DNA of 64,000 nt from Polyangiaceae bacterium (GCA_965222375.1 CBDCTZ010000014.1:1-64000), one strand, 5' to 3'; positions 20,243 through 30,153 are shown, counted from the first letter of the stretch. Program-made: numbers and translations. Notes: generated from the letters alone by a model not told the origin.

Positions 20243-20654
20243 ACGACCGCCCGTGGCAGTCCCCGGGAAGCATCCTCACTGATTGAGGCGCGAGCGCCGG
20301 CGTTGGCCGGGCGCGAGCCGTCCTCACTCGAGCACGCGCCCACAGTGAGCATCCAGATGACCATAGCGAATACACGCACTTCTAGTTGTTTCGAGCAAGC
20401 CGTGTGCCAGCTCAAGATCGCAGCGGAAGCCGCGCTCAACTCGATTGCCGTGTGGCACATTGTGCCGCTTTGCGCCGAAGCCCTGTCACGAACTTCGCAC
20501 CCTGCCACCCGCCTTCGAGCTACCGGGTCGATACAGATAGGCTTGGTTCGCGGGCAGCAAGCGGTCCAAGTTTGCTCCTCAACGGCGTATTCAACGGCCA
20601 CTGGGACGCTCGCCGTGCGGGGCACCGACGCAAAGCACCAAAGTGTGGGCTACC

Positions 20655-21638
20655 ATGCCGTTGATGGACAGCGACCACGCTGACCAATTCGCGAACCGCT
20701 CCACTTCGGCCCCGGTGACGTGCGTTTCCCTCGAGTCTGAGGCGCGGTTGGCGATTACCGGACACGAGGATGGTTCGGTCTCAATTTGGGACATCGACTC
20801 TGCTGAGTCCGAGACCACCGTCATGCTACACAACGCGCGTGTTACGGCTGCGTCGTTCGCGGCCCATGGTCGGCAGTTCGCCACAATCGCTGATGATCGC
20901 ACACTGCGGCTGTCAGACGTGACCGGGCAGTCCTCTCGAGTTGTCGCCAGGAGTCCCGGCAACGTCATGCGCTTCGTTGCCGTTTGCAGGACGCTAGACG
21001 CTCATGTCGCAATCTCGCGGAGCTTCGATGCTCACGTCCTCCGCGTGATTGACGTCAACGGCCGAATTCCGCCGGTCGGGATTCGTGACTCCACCAGGCG
21101 CTTCTCGACTGCCGCGTTCCTGACTGACCACACTTTGGTGACGCTGACCGACGGGTGCGACCTGGAGGTGTGGGTGACGGATGAAGGCACGCCTCGGCTC
21201 TGCATTTCGAGCGGACTCTCAGCTCCGCTGCACATGGCGGTCGCATCCGCTGGTGATCGAGTGGCGTTGGGAGACCAATGCGGTCGAATCGCAGCTTGGG
21301 ATCTTGGTGGCGGCGGCTGTACATTCGTCGCGGACGCGCACACGGCTCCGGTGCGCACGGTGGCATTCGACGAATCAGGATCCTACCTTGCTTCCGCCGA
21401 CAGCGATGGTGTGCTTCGGATCGCCTCCGCGGAGACCGGCGAGGCCATCGCTGTCTGGAACGCTCAGGGTGCTATCGCGTGTTGCGCGGTGACATCTCGT
21501 CTTGCATCCTCGGACATCGGCTACCGACGACACGCGCACTCTCGCGCCCCAGTCGTCGTCGTCGCTGGCACCGACGATGGGGAGGTCCAGTTCATCGACT
21601 GTCGTGGGTTGACTTCGCGCTGGGAAAACGAGGAGTGA
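20655..21638 (+). CDS. WD40 repeat protein (possibly 5'-truncated)
   Basis: TGHEDGSVSIWD, AHTAPVRTVAF...LASADSDG. Confidence 0.8.
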   Translation: MPLMDSDHADQFANRSTSAPVTCVSLESEARLAITGHEDGSVSIWDIDSAESETTVMLHNARVTAASFAAHGRQFATIADDRTLRLSDVTGQSSRVVARSPGNVMRFVAVCRTLDAHVAISRSFDAHVLRVIDVNGRIPPVGIRDSTRRFSTAAFLTDHTLVTLTDGCDLEVWVTDEGTPRLCISSGLSAPLHMAVASAGDRVALGDQCGRIAAWDLGGGGCTFVADAHTAPVRTVAFDESGSYLASADSDGVLRIASAETGEAIAVWNAQGAIACCAVTSRLASSDIGYRRHAHSRAPVVVVAGTDDGEVQFIDCRGLTSRWENEE

Positions 21639-23716
21639 GGGCGGTGGTGCCAACGCTTCATCGAACCCAGCAGCGGTACGTCGCAGCCCTGGGTGGGGAA
21701 ACCTTTGAGCGGCTCGCGCTACCGGACGGAGCGGAGGACTTTGTCGTGTTGCGTCCTGGTTCGAAGCTGAGCGAGTTGCGTTACGCGATCGCACTGCATA
21801 GGGTGGCCGGGTTGCGTTTCGTGGGCCGCTCCTTGGAGTTCCTGGACCCCGCCGGAACCCCGCGCCTGCGCGTTGCGCCACCGTTCGTGATTCTGCGCGA
21901 CGGCACACGACACGACGTGCAAATGAGGCTCGATGGCTGTGACGCCGACCGTCGGCCGACACCACCGTGGGGAAGAGAGGTAGTGGCTCCTGGCAGCCCA
22001 GAATGCGAACTCACGGTGAGCTGGGATCCAGTGCTCGCGAAGTCGGGTGCAGTGCTCGACCCGGCGTGGACTGCGACTCAGGACATGGCCGTCGGGCGGT
22101 TGGAGCATGGCGCGGTACTGATGGACGATGGCCGAGTGTTGGTGGCCGGTTCGAATTCTGGTGGTGGAGCCAGTGCGGAGATCTTTGATCCGAAGACAGG
22201 GACCTGGGCAATGACCAGTTCCGCGTCCAGCAGTCTGTACGGCAGCGTCGGCATGAGATTCGGGGGTTCTCGCTTCGTCTTCGTGGCTCAGACGCGCGCG
22301 CACGTCTACGACCCTGCGACGGGTCTCTTTGCAGCCGCAGACGATCTCAACCCCAGCCGTCCCTGGCACGCCGCGGCGCCCCTGCCCGACGGTTCGGTGC
22401 TGGTCACGGGCGGCAGTACCAATACCGGGTACCTGGATACGGCGGTCAAGCTCGACCCAAGCACCCTCAAGTGGCTTCCGGCAGGCAAGATGCAAGTTGT
22501 CCGTGCCAAACACACTGCCACGGCCCTCGCCGATGGCCGCGTACTCGTTGTGGGAGGAGCCATCTTCGGTACGATCAGCAAGACCGCGGAGATCTACGAC
22601 CCGGGTACCGGAGTGTGGACGGCCACGTCTGGAGGGACGAGTTCTGGCCACAACTGGAATACAGCGACCCGACTTTCTGATGGTCGTGTTTTGGTATTCG
22701 GTGACACGAAGTCGGGCGGCAAGGCCACCGATATCTTCGACCCTAAGAATGGTACCTGGACCCCGGGTGCGTTCGCGACCTACACGCGCTATGGCCACAA
22801 GGCCGTTGCACTATCTGATGGATCCGCCTTGGTGCTAGGAGGGTACGGGCATGACAACAGCACCACCCTTGGCAGCGCCCTGAACACGACGGAAGCGTGG
22901 AGCCCAGGCAGTGGGCAATGGGTTGTGGCCGCACCCATGAATCATCCACGCTACTTGGCCACGGCTACACTGCTGTCCGATGACGGCGTGACCGCCAAGA
23001 TTCTGGTTGCTGGCGGCTCAAAGGCTGAAAAGAAAGCAGAAGTCCTGCAGGCGAAGTTACGCGCCCAGCAGTGCGTCCTTGCCTTCGACTGCATTACCGG
23101 TGCGTGCGTCGACGGCAAGTGCTGCGATGCGAAGTGCGACACACCGTGTACCGCCTGCACCGCGGCACTGAAGGGATCGGGCAATGATGGCGAGTGCGGC
23201 GTCGTCGCGGCGGGGACGGACCCCGATGGGGACTGCGATACGGAAGACACTTCTACTTGCGGGAAGACGGGCGAGTGCGACGCAGCGGGCGCATGCGCCC
23301 TGTACCCGGCTGGGACCGAGTGCAAGGAGGGAGTGTGCTGGACGGACCAGACGACGTTCCTGGATGGCTGGACCTATGCGTGTGACGGAGCCGGCTCCTG
23401 TGACAAGGAGACGCGAGACTGCTGCTATGACGACAACGGGCAAAAGGTCGGCTACTGCCAATGCGACCACGGCAAGTGCATCTTCGCAACTGGTGGGGCT
23501 GGTGCTGGTGGTACGGCAACCGGGGGCGCGGGGTTCGGCGGCTTCGGCAACGCTGGCGGCACGGGAGGCGCTACCGCAAGTGGCGCGGGAGGGGCTAGCT
23601 CCGGTTGTGGTTGCCGCGTTGGCCCCATTCCGTCTTCGAACAGCTCGTCGGTGATGCTACTGCTGGCTGCTTGGGTGCTCAGAACGCGGAGGCAGCGCCG
23701 CGGCCACCAAGCGTAG
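21635..23716 (+). CDS. Kelch-repeat protein with Cys-rich region and MYXO-CTERM
   Basis: HTATALADGRVLVVGG Kelch repeats; GCGCRVG...LLLAAWVLRTRRQRR C-terminus; GTG overlaps the WD40 stop; no signal peptide seen. Confidence 0.85.
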   Translation: MRAVVPTLHRTQQRYVAALGGETFERLALPDGAEDFVVLRPGSKLSELRYAIALHRVAGLRFVGRSLEFLDPAGTPRLRVAPPFVILRDGTRHDVQMRLDGCDADRRPTPPWGREVVAPGSPECELTVSWDPVLAKSGAVLDPAWTATQDMAVGRLEHGAVLMDDGRVLVAGSNSGGGASAEIFDPKTGTWAMTSSASSSLYGSVGMRFGGSRFVFVAQTRAHVYDPATGLFAAADDLNPSRPWHAAAPLPDGSVLVTGGSTNTGYLDTAVKLDPSTLKWLPAGKMQVVRAKHTATALADGRVLVVGGAIFGTISKTAEIYDPGTGVWTATSGGTSSGHNWNTATRLSDGRVLVFGDTKSGGKATDIFDPKNGTWTPGAFATYTRYGHKAVALSDGSALVLGGYGHDNSTTLGSALNTTEAWSPGSGQWVVAAPMNHPRYLATATLLSDDGVTAKILVAGGSKAEKKAEVLQAKLRAQQCVLAFDCITGACVDGKCCDAKCDTPCTACTAALKGSGNDGECGVVAAGTDPDGDCDTEDTSTCGKTGECDAAGACALYPAGTECKEGVCWTDQTTFLDGWTYACDGAGSCDKETRDCCYDDNGQKVGYCQCDHGKCIFATGGAGAGGTATGGAGFGGFGNAGGTGGATASGAGGASSGCGCRVGPIPSSNSSSVMLLLAAWVLRTRRQRRGHQA

Positions 23717-23915
23717 ACAATAGGTGGCCGCTCGCGCACAACAACGGCCAGCTGCGCCTCGCACTGTCGCCATCCCTCGCATTGTGCAGAATCTGCTCAA
23801 CTCTCGAATTGTTCAGCCGCTTCACACACTTGCACCGGTCTGCTCCGCAACCGCCCACGGGTCGCGTGCTATCTGGCGCATGTGAGCCGGTCCCAGCGGC
23901 ATGTCAGACTTCGAC

Positions 23916-24785
23916 ATGCGCTGGACTCCGGTCATTCTCTTGTTGCCTTTGGCAGTGCTGCAATCCGGATGTGGTGAATCCAATTGCTTGGCCGCGTGCC
24001 TGGGCACGATCAGTGCCAGTGGCACTGTGCAGGTGTCCGCCTCGGCGTTGGAGGGGGGCCACGCGACATTGTGTGCAGGCACGCGCTGCACGACCGTGCC
24101 GGTGGCGCCACCTGGGGTACCGGTCCAGTACGACGCTGCCTTCACGTCCTTCGCAGCGACAGCCATAGGTCCAAATGCGACCAGAGTGTCGGCGTCTTTC
24201 GCTACCGGCTCGGCTGCCGACGGCGATCGTTTCCGGCTGTTCCTGCAGAACGCAATGGGTGACGTGCTGTATGCAACGGAGCAGAGTCTCGTGTTGCGCC
24301 ACCACACGGTCTGTCGGATGAGCTGCCGCTCCGCCAAGGTGACCCTCGACCCGAGCGGACAGCCGGGGCTATGTCCCAACCGCGAATGCCAGCCTGGGTT
24401 CAGCCTGACGACTACCCTGGGCCTCACGGCGTCGCAGTTGGAGAGCTCCCTGCTGAGCGTGTGTCTCGCGTCACAGTGCGGGGAGCTGTTGCTCACCAAC
24501 GTCGCAGCAGTTCAGGACCACGCCGAGATCCCGTACGCGCGAGAGCTTTCCGGGGCGCTACCCGGCAAAGTGGACCTCGAGTTCTTCAGTGGTTTTCGTC
24601 TGAACGTGTCGGTGAGTCTTGCCAGCGACCAGTTGCGAGACGGCGACGTCTGGCGCGTGACTGTCACCTCGACCGCGTCAGTGCCAGCCTTCGCCTACGA
24701 GCAGGCAGTCGTTTACGAAAAGACGTACCCGAACGGAAAAGCATGCGATGCTAATCCGTGTCTCCGGCATGACGTCCAGCTTTGA
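23916..24785 (+). CDS. lipoprotein with internally duplicated domain
   Basis: QSGC lipobox; two repeats (LCAGTRC...DGDRF / VCLASQC...DGDVW). Confidence 0.7.
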   Translation: MRWTPVILLLPLAVLQSGCGESNCLAACLGTISASGTVQVSASALEGGHATLCAGTRCTTVPVAPPGVPVQYDAAFTSFAATAIGPNATRVSASFATGSAADGDRFRLFLQNAMGDVLYATEQSLVLRHHTVCRMSCRSAKVTLDPSGQPGLCPNRECQPGFSLTTTLGLTASQLESSLLSVCLASQCGELLLTNVAAVQDHAEIPYARELSGALPGKVDLEFFSGFRLNVSVSLASDQLRDGDVWRVTVTSTASVPAFAYEQAVVYEKTYPNGKACDANPCLRHDVQL

Positions 24786-24808
24786 CTGCACCGCCGCGCC
24801 CGCTCCGC

Positions 24809-24980
24809 TGCTGTCCCGCGGGCGGAATCGTGCGCACTCGTGCGCTGGGTAATGCGGGGCTCAAATCGGGAGTAGTGGCCGGCTGCGCCCCACCGATGCG
24901 ACCCCAAACCCAACCAGACAAAGCGCAAACGGCCGCTCGCAACCCGGGAAGCTGCCGCTTGCTCACCGTGTCTGTCGCGC
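24809..24980. repeat. degenerate copy of the mdh downstream region / dispersed intergenic repeat
   Basis: GAGTAGTGGCC...CGATGCGACCCCAA...AAACGGCCGCTC...TGCTCACCGTGT matches 30207-30380; ends also match 45241-45645. Confidence 0.7.
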
Positions 24981-24986
24981 TGAATC

Positions 24987-25015
24987 TCAGCTCGACTTCT
25001 TCACCACTCTGACAA
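24987..25015 (-). pseudogene. mdh: minimal mdh 3'-end remnant
   Basis: Minus strand GTC AGA GTG GTG AAG AAG TCG AGC TGA = VRVVKKSS*, vs VEVVKKSS* of mdh; followed by the mdh downstream repeat. Confidence 0.7.
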
Positions 25016-25024
25016 AACGCGCCG

Positions 25025-26308
25025 TCACGGCAGCGCCGCCAGCGTATGGGCCCAGCGCGGCGGCGGCCCCGCGACGTTGAGATGCTTCCACTGACCGGCC
25101 TGGAAAATCCATGTGTCTCCCAGCTTTCCAACGCCGGGGCCGTATCCTCCGAACAAGACGGCCTGATTTTCCACGCTGGTCATCGCGTGAAGGTGCCTAT
25201 CGGACGGGCCACCGGTAGCGGCGGCGGTCCATTTGCCCTTGAACCACCAGGTGTCGTTGGGTGCCCCGTGCAGCAACACGCCCCCCTGCCAGCTCGTCAT
25301 GGCGTGATGGTAGCGAGCGGAGGGAGCGGCCCCGCCGACCTTCGCCCAGGCTTGGCCGTCGAAGGTCCACGTGTCGCCGAGCGCGCTCCCGGCTGTGCCC
25401 CCGAACAACACCAGTCGATCCGGGAGCGCCGCCATGGCGTGGTACACGCGCGGCGAAGGCCCGGCTGTCGGCACTTCGGTCCAACTGCTGCCGTCGAATA
25501 CCCAGGTGTCCCCGAGTTCGTTCTTGTTGCTGTCCCAACCGCCGAAGAGCACGACGTTCTTACCCAGCGTGGCCAGCGCATGGCCGAACCGCTTGGCCGG
25601 TGCTGGCCCAGAGACCGGAGTCCAAGTCTTGCCGTCGAAGAGCCAAGTGTCGTTTAGGGCGCTGGTTGGTGAGTAGACGGCTCGCCCTCCGAAGAGCACG
25701 ATCGTGTTGCCCAGCGTGGTCATAGCGTGAAATGCGCGCTGGCTCGGACCGGGCCCCGCTACTTCGCTCCAACCCGATCCGTCGAAGATCCAAGTATCGC
25801 CGTGCTGCACCATGCTGTCGGTCAGACCACCGAAAAGCACGGCTTTGACCCCCGCACACGCTCCGTTGACGCAACTGCCGCTGCAGGAAACGCAAACCTC
25901 GCCACCGCTGCCGCAGGCGTTGTTGTCATTGCCGGCAACGCAGAGGGCCCCCGCGCAACACCCAGCGCAGCTAGCGGGATCACACTGACAGGTGCCTGCA
26001 ACGCAACTCTGCCCCACATTGCAGCCGCCGCAGTCAAAGGGGGTGCCGCAGTTGTCCACCACGGTTCCGCACAGGCCGCCGCAGTCCGGAGTTTCGGCCA
26101 CGCATCCAGAGTCCTTCGCGCCGTCGACCTGCAGAGCGTCGGCCGCGCCATCCTCATTGGGCCCAGCGTCCTCCGCGACCCCGGCATCAGTCCGAGGCCC
26201 CGATAGTTCCGTGCGGGATCCGCACCCGACTCCCAGGACTAGGGCGACCAGCAAGCCGCTCCGGACTAGCCGCGCGCTGGGCGTGAAGGGGTAAGCAAAG
26301 AACGCCAT
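25025..26308 (-). CDS. Kelch-repeat lipoprotein with Cys-rich region
   Basis: GVGC lipobox, DNCG/CGGC region, six VLFGG...DTWxFDG repeats. Confidence 0.88.
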   Translation of the reverse strand: MAFFAYPFTPSARLVRSGLLVALVLGVGCGSRTELSGPRTDAGVAEDAGPNEDGAADALQVDGAKDSGCVAETPDCGGLCGTVVDNCGTPFDCGGCNVGQSCVAGTCQCDPASCAGCCAGALCVAGNDNNACGSGGEVCVSCSGSCVNGACAGVKAVLFGGLTDSMVQHGDTWIFDGSGWSEVAGPGPSQRAFHAMTTLGNTIVLFGGRAVYSPTSALNDTWLFDGKTWTPVSGPAPAKRFGHALATLGKNVVLFGGWDSNKNELGDTWVFDGSSWTEVPTAGPSPRVYHAMAALPDRLVLFGGTAGSALGDTWTFDGQAWAKVGGAAPSARYHHAMTSWQGGVLLHGAPNDTWWFKGKWTAAATGGPSDRHLHAMTSVENQAVLFGGYGPGVGKLGDTWIFQAGQWKHLNVAGPPPRWAHTLAALP

Positions 26309-26370
26309 GGCCAACTGAGTGGGGCCGCGACTTTAGCATGGGGTTTTTTGTTGCCCACCCCCAACGTGCT

Positions 26371-28331
26371 GTGCGTCAAGAAAGCTTCGATCAGGAGGAA
26401 GTCATGTAAGAGCCAGACATAACTGAAACTTGATGTAGTGACCCAGCGGGTTGGAGTCCCGCTCAGCCAAGGGTGCGCCGCCAGCTGAAAGCGAGTCTTG
26501 CGTGGCAGTCACAACCGAAAGGGAGGACTGCTGCGAAGCGTAGACAGCGAGCGTGCAGGCCGTGCAATTGGGCCGCGAAAGGTTGGTAGTCGTGGGAGCT
26601 GACGGCTCAGCACAGGCCGGAAGGCAACACCAGCGGAGCAAGAGTCAGGGGCAACGCCCCGACGGCGTGTCTCCGCGGTCCCACCGAGGTCGTAGAACAC
26701 GGCATGTGCGCGAAGGGGTCACCGAGGAACTTGAGAGGTCCTGTCCGCTCCGGGAAACCGGAACTGCCAAGCAAGCGCAAGTGAGCGAGGTGGGGCGGGC
26801 GGGAAGTCCGAGCGCCAAATAGTAGTCGAAGCCGGGGAAGCCTCCCAAGCGACCCGGTGGAGCGAAGGATGGCGCCGGGTCACGGAACCGAAAGAGGGAA
26901 AGATGAGTGAGACATCGAGCTCAACAAGCATCTCAACGAAAGTCGAAAGGATAGCAACGCTGGCGCAGCAAGCGCCCGACATGGCGTTCACGACGCTGGC
27001 CCATCACATCGACCTGGAGTGGCTGCGCGAAGCGCACCGCAGGACTCGCAAGGATGGTGCTGTGGGCGTGGACGGGCAGAGCGCGCAAGAGTACGCGGCC
27101 AACCTGGAGGAACATCTCCAGTCGCTGCTCGACCGCGCGAAGTCCGGCACATACCGAGCCCCACCCGTGCGGCGTGTGCACATCCCCAAGGGGGGAGGGA
27201 AGGAAACGCGCCCGCTTGGGATCCCAACCTTCGAGGACAAGGTGTTGCAACGAGCAGTCGCGATGGTGCTCGAAGCAGTCTATGAGCAGGACTTCTTGAA
27301 CTGCTCCTATGGCTTCCGGCCAGGGCGCTCTGCGCACCAGGCTCTGGAAACGCTTCGGACACCGATGGTCAAGATGGCTGGCGGTTGGGTTCTGGAGATC
27401 GATATACGAAAGTTTTTCGATACCTTGGACCACGGACGACTACGGGAAGTGCTGCGCTGCAGGGTGCGCGATGGCGTGATCCTGCGCTTGATCGGCAAGT
27501 GGCTGAATGCAGGAGTGCTGGAGTCCGGGCGGCTGAGCTACCCGGATGCCGGCACGCCACAGGGCGGGGTGATCTCGCCGTTGCTGGCAAACATCTACCT
27601 GCATGAGGTGCTTGACGTCTGGTTCGAGCGACAAGTGCGTCCCCGCCTTCGGGCTCGGGCGCACCTCGTTCGCTACGCGGACGATGCCGTCATGCTGTTC
27701 GAGTTCGAGGAAGACGCCAGGCGTGTGTTCGAGGTCTTGCCGAAGCGATTCGCCAAGTTCGGGCTCACGCTGCACGCCGAAAAGACAAAGCTCGTGCCGT
27801 TCAAACGGCCGGACCGGATCCGACGGCGTCGCGGCGGCGAGGGTGAGGGGCCATCGGGGCCTAGCTCCTTCAACTTCCTCGGCTTCACCTTCCACTGGGC
27901 AAAGAGCCTGGCTGGCAAGTGGGTGGTGAGGACGCGAACAGCGAAAGACAGATACCAGAGAGCGGTCAACGCCATCGCACAGTGGTGTCGGAATCACCGG
28001 CATGCTCCTGTGCGAGTACAGCGTCAGGCGCTGGCTGCGAAACTTCGCGGTCACTACGCCTACTTCGGCCGTACCGGCAACTTCAGCCGCCTCTGGAGCT
28101 TGTACTTCGCCACTGTGCGGAAGTGGAAGCGCTGGCTGTCTCGACGCTCCGACAAAGCGCGACTCACCTGGCCTGCGATGGATCGGCTACTGGAGCGCAA
28201 TCCGCTCCCGAAACCCGATGCCTCGCGCCGCTTCGCGTAGCAAAGCCGTGGCCTGAGGAGCCGGATGCGGGAAATCCGCACGTCCGGATCTGTCCGGGGG
28301 GCGGCCCGTAAAGGGCCGTCCCTACCGGGAG
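26371..28331 (+). mobile_element. complete bacterial group II intron (no En domain)
   Basis: 5' GTGCG at 26371; domain V/VI GAGGAGCCGGATGCGGGAAATCCGCACGTCCGGATCTG...CCCTACCGGGAG at 28255-28331; removing it restores CGTGCT/CGGCGGCCG as seen at the empty site 30719-30733. Confidence 0.92.
26903..28240 (+). CDS. ltrA: group II intron reverse transcriptase/maturase
   Basis: [52 protein letters not shown], domain X LRGHYAYF; no HNH. Confidence 0.97.
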   Translation: MSETSSSTSISTKVERIATLAQQAPDMAFTTLAHHIDLEWLREAHRRTRKDGAVGVDGQSAQEYAANLEEHLQSLLDRAKSGTYRAPPVRRVHIPKGGGKETRPLGIPTFEDKVLQRAVAMVLEAVYEQDFLNCSYGFRPGRSAHQALETLRTPMVKMAGGWVLEIDIRKFFDTLDHGRLREVLRCRVRDGVILRLIGKWLNAGVLESGRLSYPDAGTPQGGVISPLLANIYLHEVLDVWFERQVRPRLRARAHLVRYADDAVMLFEFEEDARRVFEVLPKRFAKFGLTLHAEKTKLVPFKRPDRIRRRRGGEGEGPSGPSSFNFLGFTFHWAKSLAGKWVVRTRTAKDRYQRAVNAIAQWCRNHRHAPVRVQRQALAAKLRGHYAYFGRTGNFSRLWSLYFATVRKWKRWLSRRSDKARLTWPAMDRLLERNPLPKPDASRRFA

Positions 28332-28476
28332 CGGCGGCCGTCGATGCACGACGCTACACGGCGAGCCGCCTGCGCGCGGCATGGGAGGGGGATTGAGCCA
28401 GGCCTCGCGAGAGTCTTGGAGAGCTGGCGCAGGTCTAGCCCCTGCTGCGTGGGGACACAGCGGTTCGCGCCACGTC

Positions 28477-28695
28477 GGCCCAGGTTTGCTGGCGGACTCC
28501 GCTTGGGAGCGCACGCTCCGCGCCGCGCTTCGTCGGTGAGCGTCGCGACTCAGCGTTGCGCGTCGAGAACTCGACCTCGTTCGCTCTGCGCGCGTCACGA
28601 CTCAGCGTTGCGCGTCGAGAACTCGACCTCGTTCGCTCTGCGCGCGTCACGGATCCTGCGCCTGGGGTTGCGTAGCCCGCCAGCAAACCCGGGCC
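28477..28695. repeat. long inverted repeat enclosing a structured DUF559 leader
   Basis: GGCCCAGGTTTGCTGGCGG (28477-28495) vs CCGCCAGCAAACCCGGGCC (28677-28695), 18/19 complementary, ending just before the GGAGG RBS. Confidence 0.85.
28546..28651. repeat. perfect 52-bp tandem duplication
   Basis: CGACTCAGCGTTGCGCGTCGAGAACTCGACCTCGTTCGCTCTGCGCGCGTCA x2, each with a GTCGAG-AA-CTCGAC hairpin. Confidence 0.95.
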
Positions 28696-28707
28696 TTGGA
28701 GGTCGTC

Positions 28708-29073
28708 ATGCAAAAGCCTGTTCCCAGTTTCGCCCGTCTTCGTCAGCTAGAGGAACGCGCCCGCATCATGCGCTGTGCGCTCACGCCGTCGGAGGCGGCG
28801 CTCTGGCGCCTGCTGTCAGCGCGCAAGCTTGGTGTGTCGTTTCGGCGCCAGCTTGTCGTCGGTGGGCGCTACATCGCGGACTTCGCCGCGCCTGCTGTGC
28901 GCCTCATCGTTGAGGTTGATGGTGGCTACCACGCCCGCCGGGTCGCGGCTGACGCGCGGCGGGACCGCGCGCTTCGGCGTGACGGGTGGCGGGTGTTGCG
29001 GCTGCCTGCGCAGTTGGTGCTTCGCTCGCCGGCGGAAGCTGTGGCGGCAGTGCGGGCGGCGCTTCGCGGATAG
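28708..29073 (+). CDS. DUF559 (Vsr-like PD-(D/E)XK) endonuclease
   Basis: ARIMR..TPSEAALW..L, FRRQ, YIADF, LIVEVDGGYH, DARRD..L...GWRVLR; GGAGG RBS. Confidence 0.92.
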   Translation: MQKPVPSFARLRQLEERARIMRCALTPSEAALWRLLSARKLGVSFRRQLVVGGRYIADFAAPAVRLIVEVDGGYHARRVAADARRDRALRRDGWRVLRLPAQLVLRSPAEAVAAVRAALRG

Positions 29074-29127
29074 GGGTTGCCGGCACGTTGGGCGAAGGCC
29101 CACAGCGTGCCGTTCGCCACATTCGAG

Positions 29128-30153
29128 TCACGGGTCCCTATCCGCGCAGCATCGAATACCCAGCTCCCGTCTGTCGCTTAAATAGGGGACCTTCGCTCTG
29201 GCCTCGAAGCATGTCGTTTGAGTCCCGTGGTGGGTGCCTCCCACTGCATAGCAGCCGGGCCACGGAGGTTGTGTGTCGCAGGCCTCAACCCACTCCCCTT
29301 GGTTCCCCAGCAGGTCGAAGACCCCATTGAACGGGGAGGTTGCTCCGGTGCACTTCTGGTTTGAAGCGACTGGCTCCACGCAGGTTGTGCCAACCGGGCA
29401 CGGGCCAAAATTGCAATTGCTCGCCGACGCGTTCCCCCACGGGTACTCGGTGCTACCGCCCTGAGTACAAACGTGAGCCCACTCACTGTTGTGTGCCTGA
29501 GTTACTTCGCCACTATGCATCGGACCACCGCCAAGCTTTCCGCACAACCGCTTGCCGGCCCAAGCGCAGAAGGCCCATGCATCGCACCAGTCGACGCATC
29601 CAACTGGCAGCGTGGGTGTGGCCGCGGGATCGTAGAGGGAGCTGCACAGCCCTTTCCCGACGTTATCCAGAGGGTTGCCCGTACAAGCGCCCACCTGTTG
29701 GGTGGGGTTGGTTGCCTGATCTTTCAGGAAATCGTCGTACTGCTTCTGCGTGACGTCCGTGCTGTCGACGCAGAAGCTGCCCACGTCGACCATCGTTGGT
29801 CCGCGCCCTTGCGGGCACTTGCTCGATCCGCCCCCGGCGCCCGCAGTGCCACCCGTCGCACCTGCGCCGGCAACGGCCCCTGTTCCGGCGCTCCCGCCTG
29901 GACCGCCACCGTCCGTGGGGGCACCTCCGGCGCCACCCGCGTCAACGCACTCGCAGGCATTCCAAGAACTGCCGTCCGAGTTGCACGATTGGCCCCCTTG
30001 GCACGCACCAGGCCCCACGCATGTCTGCGTCGAGCCTGGGTCGCAGACCCGGGCAGGCTTCCCAGTCTCGTCATCGCCGCCGCAACTGGTCACCAGCGCA
30101 AGAATAGACCCAACCACAACAAGCGCGAAGATTTGGTTGCCTCGTGGGTACAT
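29128..30153 (-). CDS. formylglycine-generating-enzyme (SUMF1) domain lipoprotein
   Basis: VTSC lipobox; PVGCVDWCDAWAFCAWAGKRLC, FDLLGNQGEW, GIRCC. Confidence 0.9.
   Translation of the reverse strand: MYPRGNQIFALVVVGSILALVTSCGGDDETGKPARVCDPGSTQTCVGPGACQGGQSCNSDGSSWNACECVDAGGAGGAPTDGGGPGGSAGTGAVAGAGATGGTAGAGGGSSKCPQGRGPTMVDVGSFCVDSTDVTQKQYDDFLKDQATNPTQQVGACTGNPLDNVGKGLCSSLYDPAATPTLPVGCVDWCDAWAFCAWAGKRLCGKLGGGPMHSGEVTQAHNSEWAHVCTQGGSTEYPWGNASASNCNFGPCPVGTTCVEPVASNQKCTGATSPFNGVFDLLGNQGEWVEACDTQPPWPGCYAVGGTHHGTQTTCFEARAKVPYLSDRRELGIRCCADRDP

Noticed and set aside
1..26300. Integron cassette array
   Set aside because: Genes are in mixed orientation; no attC-like sites were recognised and there is no IntI
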